The translations under genes and the position numbers were made by a program. 64,000 nucleotides of DNA from Phycisphaerales bacterium (lineage in GTDB: Bacteria > Planctomycetota > Phycisphaerae > Phycisphaerales > UBA1924), in contig JBJHBZ010000013.1 in the NCBI GenBank assembly GCA_050485765.1, forward strand, positions 5,272-69,271, in the 5' to 3' direction. Below, piece after piece: positions 8,565-16,657 of the stretch (position 1 is the stretch's first letter; every line of letters starts with the position of its first letter). A model generated the notes under the pieces. The model was not told the origin of the DNA and searched no databases. It was given only the letters and a program-made list of their open reading frames with translations.

Positions 8565-9095
8565 TCAGGCCTTGAGCTCGTCCGAGCCCTCGGCGACCTC
8601 GCCCGAAGCCTCGACCGGGGCCTCGCCCTCGTCCGGGGCTTCCTCGCTCTTGGGCTCGGGGGGCGCGCCGAGGCTGACGGTCTGGCGACCCTGCTCGGCT
8701 TCGCCCGCGCGGTCGGCGCGCATCTTGGCCTCGGCCTCCAGGTCGCGACGCCCGTCGGCCGCCTTCATCTGGTCGACCGACAGGTGGTCGGCCCGGAGGA
8801 TCATCACGCGCATGATCCGCTCGGAGAGGTTCACGTCGCGGTCGATCGACTGCACGCGCGACGGCTCGATCGCGACGTAGCACAGGATGTACACGCCGCG
8901 CTTCTGCTTGTCGATGTCGTAGGCGAGGCGGCGCTCGTCCCACTTGCGCATCGCGAGGCGCTCGGCCCCGGCGCGCTCGAAGATGGTGTCGATGTGCTCG
9001 ATGATCCCCGCCAGGTCCGTCGCCTCCTGCTGGCTGATCAGGAACATCACCTCATAGTTCACGGTCTTGGTCGCGGCCGGAGCTTCCGTCGTCAT
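8565..9095 (-). CDS. rpsF: 30S ribosomal protein S6 with an acidic C-terminal tail
   Basis: NYEVMFLISQQ...RKWDERRLAYDIDKQKRGVYILCYV...RIMRVMILR is typical of S6. It lies directly upstream of ssb. Confidence 0.85.
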   Translation of the reverse strand: MTTEAPAATKTVNYEVMFLISQQEATDLAGIIEHIDTIFERAGAERLAMRKWDERRLAYDIDKQKRGVYILCYVAIEPSRVQSIDRDVNLSERIMRVMILRADHLSVDQMKAADGRRDLEAEAKMRADRAGEAEQGRQTVSLGAPPEPKSEEAPDEGEAPVEASGEVAEGSDELKA

Positions 9096-9236
9096 GGTCT
9101 TCCCTTACTTGCTTCCGCTCAAACACGGGCCCACAAGCCCGCGAGTGTGGTCAAAAAATCGCATCCATACCGAGGCGCACACGCGCCCCATCTGGCATTC
9201 CTTTTGTCTCAGCCCTCTCTGCCTCTGTCTCTGCTC

Positions 9237-9278
9237 TAGTGCCTAGTGCCTAGTGCCTCGTGCCTCGTGCCTCGTGCC
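9237..9278. repeat. Heptanucleotide tandem repeat (TAGTGCC)x3 (TCGTGCC)x3
   Basis: Read directly from the sequence: six contiguous 7-nt units between the pth stop (9289) and the rpsF start (9095), preceded by a CT-rich tract at 9216..9236. Confidence 0.9.
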
Positions 9279-9288
9279 TTCCGTCAAC

Positions 9289-9924
9289 CTACACCCCCCA
9301 CCCGGGGTCCGTCTCCGCGGGCCTGGCGTTCCAGCCCGACGGGCCCGACTGGGCCGCCCCGTTGAAGGCGTTCATCGCGGCATCGACGCCCTCGCTCGCG
9401 AACCGCTCGGCCGCGTCGGCCGCCCGGTCGAGCGCGGGGGCGAGCGCCCCCAGCTCCGCCTCCGTGAACTTGCCCAGGACCCAGTCGGCCCGCGCGATCG
9501 GCGCCGGCGGCTCCCCGATCCCCACCCGGAGCCTTGGGTACCGCTCCGATCCCAGCACGCGCTGGATGTCGCGCAGCCCGTTGTGCCCGCCCGCCCCGCC
9601 GGAGGCGCCGAGCTTGATCACGCCCGTCGGGAGCGCGACCTCGTCGACGATCACCAGCATCTGCGTCTGCGGGTCGAGCTTGTAGAACTGGCAGGCCTCC
9701 AGCACGCTCTTGCCCGAGAGGTTCATGTAGGTCGTGGGCTTGACGAGCAAGCACCGGCCCGCGCCGGGGAGCGGGGCCTCGACGACGCCGGCGTGGAAGC
9801 GCGAGCGGAGCGGCTCGCCCGGCGCGTGCCGAGCGATCAGCCGATCGATGACCATGAAGCCCGCGTTGTGGCGGGTCTCGTGGTACTCGCGTCCCGGGTT
9901 GCCGAGGCCGACGATGAGTCGCAT
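9289..9924 (-). CDS. pth: Peptidyl-tRNA hydrolase
   Basis: MRLIVGLGNPGREYHETRHNAGFMVIDRL signature. Confidence 0.9.
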   Translation of the reverse strand: MRLIVGLGNPGREYHETRHNAGFMVIDRLIARHAPGEPLRSRFHAGVVEAPLPGAGRCLLVKPTTYMNLSGKSVLEACQFYKLDPQTQMLVIVDEVALPTGVIKLGASGGAGGHNGLRDIQRVLGSERYPRLRVGIGEPPAPIARADWVLGKFTEAELGALAPALDRAADAAERFASEGVDAAMNAFNGAAQSGPSGWNARPAETDPGWGV

Positions 9925-9950
9925 GGGTGTTCACGCACGAGCCGCGGGGC

Positions 9951-10589
9951 TCAGGCCTCGTCCTTCTTTTTCTCGGTAATGACTTCCGGGGCGGCCTGGC
10001 CGTCGACGGTCGCCTCTTCGCCGGTCGATTCCTCGCCCTTGACGGTGACGGTCGCGACGATCGCGTCCGGGTCCGACACGAGCTTCATCGAATCGAGCGG
10101 GAGCTTGATCTGCGAGGCGTGCAGCGACTCGTGCGCGTCCAGGTCGCTCACGTCGACGTCGATCTCTTCGGGGATGTTGGTCACGGCGCACTCGATGGTG
10201 ACCTGCGTCGTCGGGTGCATGAGCACCGCGCCGGCGGTCTTGAGGCCCTTGGGCGTACCGACGAGGTGGACGTGGACGTTGGTCTCGACGCGCTCGTTGA
10301 GGTTCACCAGCGCGAAGTCGGCGTGGATGATCTCGGTGCCGAGGTGGTCGAACTGGAGGTCCTTGACAAGCACGGTCTCCTTGCGACCGTCGAACTCGAT
10401 GTTGAAGACCTTCTCGCCGCGCTCGATGTGCTGGACCGCCAGCTTGCGGTCGATCGCGACGGGGATCGGCGTCTCGCCGTGCCCGTAGACGATCGCCGGC
10501 AGACGCCCGCCGGCGCGGAGGCGCTGGGCGTAACGCGAGCCGAGGCGCTCGCGGCGCTCGGCGGTCAGGGTCGTGGTCTCGTGCTGCAT
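9951..10589 (-). CDS. rplY: 50S ribosomal protein L25 / general stress protein Ctc
   Basis: RLRAGGRLPAIVYGHGETPIPVAIDRKL plus the long Ctc-type C-terminal domain. Sits in the classic prs-ctc-pth order. Confidence 0.85.
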   Translation of the reverse strand: MQHETTTLTAERRERLGSRYAQRLRAGGRLPAIVYGHGETPIPVAIDRKLAVQHIERGEKVFNIEFDGRKETVLVKDLQFDHLGTEIIHADFALVNLNERVETNVHVHLVGTPKGLKTAGAVLMHPTTQVTIECAVTNIPEEIDVDVSDLDAHESLHASQIKLPLDSMKLVSDPDAIVATVTVKGEESTGEEATVDGQAAPEVITEKKKDEA

Positions 10590-10661
10590 GGTTCGCTTCC
10601 TTCTCTAGCCCGTCGGCGACGCTCGCCGGCGCGGTTGGTGCTTCAAAATCTCGATCCGATG

Positions 10662-10702
10662 GTGTTCTTCGATCTCTCGGTGGGACGGGCGTCCCGCCCG
10701 TC
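10662..10702 (+). repeat. Partial third copy of the family-2 structured repeat (core CGGTGGGACGGGCG-TCC-CGCCCGTC)
   Basis: Shares the 14-nt CGGTGGGACGGGCG core and the GACGGGCG/CGCCCGTC hairpin with the copies at 40301 and 41141. Only the loop differs. Confidence 0.6.
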
Positions 10703-10728
10703 TCTTCCGCATCCCTCTCGTTTCTTGG

Positions 10729-11712
10729 CTACCGCTTTGTCCCCGCCGTCTCATGGAACAGCGCGCTCACCGACTGGTTGTGGTGGATCCGGTGGATCGC
10801 CTCGCCCAGCAGCTCGCCCACGCTCAGCTCCACGACCTTGTCCTGGATCGGCGCGTACCGATCGCCGCCGGGGATCGTGTCGGTCACGACCACGCGGCTG
10901 ATCGGGCTGTCGGCCAGGCGCTGCATCGCCATCCCGACCAGCACCGGGTGCGTGGCGGCCGCGATCACGTCCGTCGCGCCCTTGTCCATCACAAGCCGCG
11001 CCGCCTCGCAGACCGTGCCGGCCGTCGAGATCATGTCGTCGAACATCAGGACCGTCTTCCCGCGCACGTCGCCGATCAGGTTCCCCGTCTCGACCGTATC
11101 GCCGGTGATCCGACGCTTGTTGATGATCGCCAGGTCCGCGCTCAGCAGGTTCGCCATCCCCTCGGCCACCTTCACGTTCCCCACGTCCGGGCTCACCAGG
11201 CAGAGGTCGCCCAACTCCTCGCGGATCGCGTGGAAGTGCTTCAGGAACACCGGCGTCGCCGAGAGGTGATCCATCGGGATGTCGAAGAACCCCTGGATCT
11301 GCGCCGCGTGCAGGTCGATCGCCAGCACGCGGTCGGCACGCGCGGCCGTGATCATGTTCGCGATCAGCTTCGCCGTGATCGGCACGCGCCCCTCGTCCTT
11401 GCGGTCCTGACGCCCGTACCCGAAGTAGGGCATCACGACCGTCACCCGGCGCGCGCTCGCGCGACGCAGGCAGTCGAGGAAGATCAACAATTCCATCACG
11501 TTGTCGTTCACCGGCGCGCACGTCGAGATCAGCACGAAGCAGTCGCGCCCGCGCACGTCCTCTTCGAGCTTGACGAACAGCTCGCCGTCCGGGAACTCCA
11601 TCGTCTTCGCCGCGCCCAGGGGGAGGTCCAGGTGTGCGCACACGCGCTGCGCCAGGTGCTTGGCGTGACGCCCCGCGAAGACCTTCAGATCGTTCGCATC
11701 GCTCCGGCTCAC
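10729..11712 (-). CDS. prs: Ribose-phosphate pyrophosphokinase
   Basis: FPDGELFVKLEEDVRGRDCFVL, YFGYGRQDRK and DLHAAQIQGFFDIP motifs. Confidence 0.9.
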   Translation of the reverse strand: MSRSDANDLKVFAGRHAKHLAQRVCAHLDLPLGAAKTMEFPDGELFVKLEEDVRGRDCFVLISTCAPVNDNVMELLIFLDCLRRASARRVTVVMPYFGYGRQDRKDEGRVPITAKLIANMITAARADRVLAIDLHAAQIQGFFDIPMDHLSATPVFLKHFHAIREELGDLCLVSPDVGNVKVAEGMANLLSADLAIINKRRITGDTVETGNLIGDVRGKTVLMFDDMISTAGTVCEAARLVMDKGATDVIAAATHPVLVGMAMQRLADSPISRVVVTDTIPGGDRYAPIQDKVVELSVGELLGEAIHRIHHNQSVSALFHETAGTKR

Positions 11713-12536
11713 GCGTCACCTCCCCCACCACCAGCCCCACCGCCGCCAGCACGCCGCGACCGGTAGATCCGGTCCACCTCGGCGAGCTGCTCCAGTGTGT
11801 TGATGCTCAGGATGTCCTCGGCCGGGACGGCGTCGATCACCTCCACGCGCCCGCCACCCGCCAGCAGGATCGCCGGCACATCCGTCACGTAATACTCGCC
11901 GGTCGTCTCGTTCTTGGTCACGCGTTCCAGAGCCTTGAACAGGCCCGCGACGCCGAAGATGTAGTAGCTCGGGTTCACCTCGCGGATCGCCAGCTCCTCC
12001 GGCGTCGCGTTCTTCTGCTCGACGATCCGCGCGAACCGCCCGTCTTCACCGCGCACCACGCGCCCGTACCCCGTCGGGTCGTCGAGACGCGCCGTCGCGA
12101 GCGTGCCCGCGGCCTGCGTGCTCCGATGAAGCTCCAGCAGCGTCCGCAGCGTCTCGGGCCGGATCAGCGGCCCGTCGCCGCAGAGCACGAACGCGTCCCC
12201 AGCGCCCCCGCTCGCCAGCTCGCGCTCGTACGCGCCGCGTGCGCACATGACGGCGTGCCCGGTACCGAGCTGCTCGTCCTGCACGGCATACTCCACCCGG
12301 TCGCCGTACCCCGCGCACGCCTCGCGCACCAGCTCCTGCTTGTACCCCACCACGACGACCACGCGCCCGCACCCGGCTTCGAGGCAGGCGTCGATCACAG
12401 CGCACACCATCGGGCGACCGCCCACGGGGTGGCAAACCTTCGGGAGGTCGGACTGCATCCGCGTGCCCTTGCCGGCGGCGAGGATGATCGCCGACAGCGG
12501 GCGGGCGGAACCGGTCTGTTCAGGCGTCGGCGTCAT
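11709..12536 (-). CDS. GlmU-like sugar-1-phosphate nucleotidyltransferase (N-terminal pyrophosphorylase domain only; no left-handed beta-helix acetyltransferase domain)
   Basis: AIILAAGKGTRMQSDLPKVCHPVGGRPM signature. Only ~275 aa, ending in a poly-Gly tail. Overlaps prs by 4 nt. Start set at MTPTPE (12536) because the longer ORF would run through tRNA-Gln. Confidence 0.7.
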   Translation of the reverse strand: MTPTPEQTGSARPLSAIILAAGKGTRMQSDLPKVCHPVGGRPMVCAVIDACLEAGCGRVVVVVGYKQELVREACAGYGDRVEYAVQDEQLGTGHAVMCARGAYERELASGGAGDAFVLCGDGPLIRPETLRTLLELHRSTQAAGTLATARLDDPTGYGRVVRGEDGRFARIVEQKNATPEELAIREVNPSYYIFGVAGLFKALERVTKNETTGEYYVTDVPAILLAGGGRVEVIDAVPAEDILSINTLEQLAEVDRIYRSRRAGGGGAGGGGGDA

Positions 12537-12648
12537 GCTCGTGTGCGCGAGCGATCGGGAGCAGGAGCCCTCGGCGTTCAAACGATCCGGCGACGCGAGC
12601 CGCGGACTCAGCAGGCGTGCGCCCCAGCCCGGCGAAGGGCGAGGGCAA

Positions 12649-12720
12649 TAGCCCGACAAGGATTCGAACCCTGACCCCCAGTACCAAAAACTGGTGTGCT
12701 AGCCATTACACTATCGGGCC
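12649..12720 (-). tRNA. tRNA-Gln (anticodon UUG)
   Basis: The reverse complement GGCCCGATAGTGTAATGGCTAGCACACCAGTTTTTGGTACTGGGGGTCAGGGTTCGAATCCTTGTCGGGCTA folds as a cloverleaf. The anticodon loop is TT-TTG-GT, the T-loop is GGTTCGAATCC, and no CCA is encoded. Confidence 0.85.
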
Positions 12721-13126
12721 GAGGTCCGCCGCCGAGGGTTGCGGGTGCGTCATGCCCCGCGTGTCGGCGTTGTTCGCGTGGATCGTTCGATCGCCCGAGG
12801 CGTGTGTTGCCCGGGGATCGTGCGCTGCCTCCGTGTGCTGTGGGCCGCGCGGGTTTGAAGCCGCACGGTGCCGAACCGTCGATACCGAAGATCGCGGTCC
12901 GACGCCGACCGGGACAACCCCGGGTCCGCACGCGAAGGCCGCGGCTGAGCGAACGCCCCGTCCCGAATCGAGACGAACACGCACGCCTGGGCTGGACCCC
13001 CCTCCGCCGCTCGGAGGCAAGACCCATGCCGCGCCTCAGCCGGGAAGCTCTCGCTCCGCCGGCGTCCGTCGCGGACGGCCCAACTCGATGCCCGGAAGCA
13101 TAGCCCGCCGCTTTTCAGAAGAACAT

Positions 13127-13399
13127 GTGCCACTGACCTTGTCCGCAAGGTCAGTGCTCCAGGCCGCCCTCCTCGACCCTCGTTATGGGAGGAGCGGAGA
13201 AGCACAAGGCGGGGGAGCACTGACCTCTCAGAAGAGGTCAGTGGCACGGGGGGAGAAACACATGTGCCACTGACCTTGTCCGCAAGGTCAGTGCTCCGGG
13301 CCGCCCTCTTTGGGCTCTTTCCCGCTCGCTTCGAAGAGGAGCGTGAGAAAATGGGGAAGAGATGGGGAGCACTCACCTCTCGGAAGAGGTCAGTGGCAC
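13127..13399. repeat. REP/BIME-like cluster: four 33-nt units at 13127..13159 (-, B), 13215..13247 (+, A), 13264..13296 (-, B) and 13367..13399 (+, A, one stem mismatch)
   Basis: Same consensus as at 7773..7959. The B(-)/spacer/A(+) composite occurs twice here and once at 7832..7959, and every spacer starts C[GA]GGCCGCCCTC. Confidence 0.9.
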
Positions 13400-13427
13400 A
13401 TCGAGTCTCACACCCCGTCCATGCCCG

Positions 13428-14087
13428 TCACCCGCCCAGCATCTTGCGGACCGTCTCCACCTGATCCCGGTTCACGGCGTGCGGCTCGCCGGGGTAGCGT
13501 TTGACCGTCACCTTCGCCCCCAGCCGCTCCAGCACGTCGGCCGTGGTTTCCACGCGGGACCAGGGGACGTGCGGGTCCGGGTCGTTGGCCCCCAGGAAGA
13601 CGGGGGTGCCCTGGAGATCGCCCTGGAGGGCGTTGAAGTCGGTGCCTTCGGGGCCGATGAGCCCCCCGGTGAGGGCCGCGACGAGGGCGTAGCGCCTCGG
13701 GAAACGGGCGGCGTGGTCGCTCGCGACGCACGCGCCCTGGCTGAACCCGATCAGCACGACCCGCTCGCTCGGAACGCCCAGGGCGTCGAGCTGCCCGAGG
13801 ATCGACTCCAGCACGGCGTGGACCGAGGCGATGCCTTCGCGGTTCGCCTCGCCGGGGGCCATGAAGGACTGGGGGTACCACGTGTGCCCGCTCGCCTGCG
13901 GGGCGAGGGCGGCGAGGGCGGGCAGGTCGAGGGCGCGGTGGAGGCTGAGCATGTCCTCGGCCCGCCCGCCGCGACCGTGGACCATCACCGCGACCCGCTC
14001 GGCCCGGTCGAGCCCGGGCCCGGCGTGGAGGACGGGCTGGCCGGCGTGCGGGCCGCCGGCGGGGGTGGTGTCGATGGTGTGCGCCAT
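13428..14087 (-). CDS. Alpha/beta hydrolase, phospholipase/carboxylesterase family
   Basis: HGRGG oxyanion region, nucleophile elbow GFSQGA, and a C-terminal D...H (DPDPHVP...GEPHAV). Confidence 0.75.
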   Translation of the reverse strand: MAHTIDTTPAGGPHAGQPVLHAGPGLDRAERVAVMVHGRGGRAEDMLSLHRALDLPALAALAPQASGHTWYPQSFMAPGEANREGIASVHAVLESILGQLDALGVPSERVVLIGFSQGACVASDHAARFPRRYALVAALTGGLIGPEGTDFNALQGDLQGTPVFLGANDPDPHVPWSRVETTADVLERLGAKVTVKRYPGEPHAVNRDQVETVRKMLGG

Positions 14088-14142
14088 GACGGGACGGTAT
14101 CCGGGATCGGGAGAGGAGAGGGAGGAGAGGTGGAAGACGGGG

Positions 14143-14175
14143 GAGCACTGACCTCTCGGAAGAGGTCAGTGGCAC
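14143..14175 (+). repeat. Solitary REP unit (type A, loop CGGA)
   Basis: GAGCACTGACCTCTCGGAAGAGGTCAGTGGCAC, between the MoxR gene and the hydrolase gene. Confidence 0.9.
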
Positions 14176-14198
14176 AGGAGCATCCAAAGAGGGGCGAG

Positions 14199-15260
<1,062 letters not shown>

Positions 15261-15303
15261 CGCGTCCTTTGCGGGGGTCGGCGGGTGGCTCGGGGTGATG
15301 GAA

Positions 15304-15377
15304 AGGCCGCGGTGGGATTCGAACCCACGAATGACGGATTTGCAATCCGTTCCCTTAGTCCACTTGGGTACGCGGCC
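15304..15377 (-). tRNA. tRNA-Cys (anticodon GCA)
   Basis: The reverse complement GGCCGCGTACCCAAGTGGACTAAGGGAACGGATTGCAAATCCGTCATTCGTGGGTTCGAATCCCACCGCGGCCT has a 7-bp acceptor stem, anticodon loop TT-GCA-AA and discriminator U. Confidence 0.85.
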
Positions 15378-15507
15378 GGATTCGTCCCCCGTCACCGGCG
15401 GGTTTCGCTGGCGTGCGGGATGCGGACGCTACGATCATTTGAGGTCGGCGTCAACAGGACCGCCCGCCCGCCCGGGGTCGCCCGGCGGGCCGCGCACGGA
15501 GAGCGCC

Positions 15508-16599
15508 ATGCTCGGACCGCACCATCCCGCCCCGCTGGCCCGCCTCGCGGCTTGCGGGCTCGCCCTGCTCGCCCTGCCCGCGCTCGCCCTCGACGACGGG
15601 CCCGACCCCGCCCAGGACCCCGTTCTCGGGGAGGAACGGGTCGACGAGATCCGGATCGAGCTCGAACGTCGGAGCCTGCCGGCGGGCGAGGTCCCCCCCA
15701 CGCCCCGCCCGGGCGTCGCGCCCCGTCCGCGGATGCGGGCCGACCTGAGCGAGATCCCGGGGCTGGAGGAGACCCTGGGCGTCCCGCGCGGGCGCCTGCT
15801 CCCGGAGGCGACGTTCCTCGTTCGGCGTCAAGGGACCCTGCTCAAGGCGCCCAGCGGTGAGCGGGTCTTTGTGTTCCTGGATCAGATCGAGGACCGCCCG
15901 GGGCAGTCGGTGCCGCTGCGCCCGATGGTGCTGATCCCCTGCGCGACGCTGGAGCGGATGGAGCGGTTCGCAACCGGGGACGCGGGGCTGGAGTACTTCA
16001 CCGTTTCCGGGGAGGTGTTTCAGTACCGGGGTCGGAACTACCTGCTGCCGACGGCGTTCAGCGCGAGCCCGCTGGAAGAGGCGATGGGCGAGATCGGGGC
16101 GCGTCGGGAGAGCGGGCGGGCCCCCGGGACGCCGCCGACCGAGGGCGAGCCCGTGCCCCCGTCTCCGGAGCCGGACCCGGACGTGCAGGCGCTGATCCGC
16201 GACCTGGAAGCGCGTCGCGAGACGGCCCGCGGGCTGAGCGTCGAGGCGATCGAAGAAGAAGCTCGCCAGCTCGGGGAGCGTGGTCGGGCGGCGGTCGCGG
16301 CCGAGCTCGGGTGGAGCGAGGGGGACACGCTGCTCCGTCGTCGCGGTCGCCTGACGCGACTGGGCGGCGGGGAGTGGGCGTTTGTGACCGATTCGAGCGC
16401 GCGCGGGACGCGGACGGAGGCCCCGCTGATCCTGACGCCTTCGCTGGCGTTGTTGCGTCTGGAGGCGTTGGGTGCTCGAACGGGGGAATCGTTGTCGATC
16501 GAGTTGTCGGGCCGGGTGCTGACGTACCGGACGCGGGCGTACGTGGTCCCGACGTTGTTTGTGATCCGCCCCGGGTCGGAGCTGGGGCCGTTGCAGTAG
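15508..16599 (+). CDS. Secreted hypothetical protein with an internal domain duplication
   Basis: Signal-peptide-like N-terminus (LARLAACGLALLALPALALDD). Two related ~100-aa modules each end in ...SG.V..YR.R.Y..PT.F. Confidence 0.55.
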   Translation: MLGPHHPAPLARLAACGLALLALPALALDDGPDPAQDPVLGEERVDEIRIELERRSLPAGEVPPTPRPGVAPRPRMRADLSEIPGLEETLGVPRGRLLPEATFLVRRQGTLLKAPSGERVFVFLDQIEDRPGQSVPLRPMVLIPCATLERMERFATGDAGLEYFTVSGEVFQYRGRNYLLPTAFSASPLEEAMGEIGARRESGRAPGTPPTEGEPVPPSPEPDPDVQALIRDLEARRETARGLSVEAIEEEARQLGERGRAAVAAELGWSEGDTLLRRRGRLTRLGGGEWAFVTDSSARGTRTEAPLILTPSLALLRLEALGARTGESLSIELSGRVLTYRTRAYVVPTLFVIRPGSELGPLQ

Positions 16600-16657
16600 C
16601 GCCGCGTCCGGGTCGGGGGCGCCCGGTCTGGTCGCGGGGCGTGGCTGGGAGGCGTGG

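Noticed and set aside
12537-12659. N-terminal extensions in the ORF track that run through tRNA genes (11709..12659 through tRNA-Gln; 14199..15395 and 15295..16599 through tRNA-Cys), and similar upstream extensions of ssb, efp, gltA, mutS, znuA, rpsU and lysS.
   Set aside because: The extensions overlap structural RNA genes or are Arg/Pro-rich. The family-conserved N-termini begin at internal Met or GTG codons, which were used instead.
12721-13126. About 400 nt between tRNA-Gln and the first REP without a CDS; checked on both strands for an RNA gene (RNase P, tmRNA, SRP, 6S).
   Set aside because: No diagnostic conserved block was recognised. The overlapping ORFs (12617..13273, 12750..13376) read through REP units and are compositionally implausible. 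The region is left unannotated.
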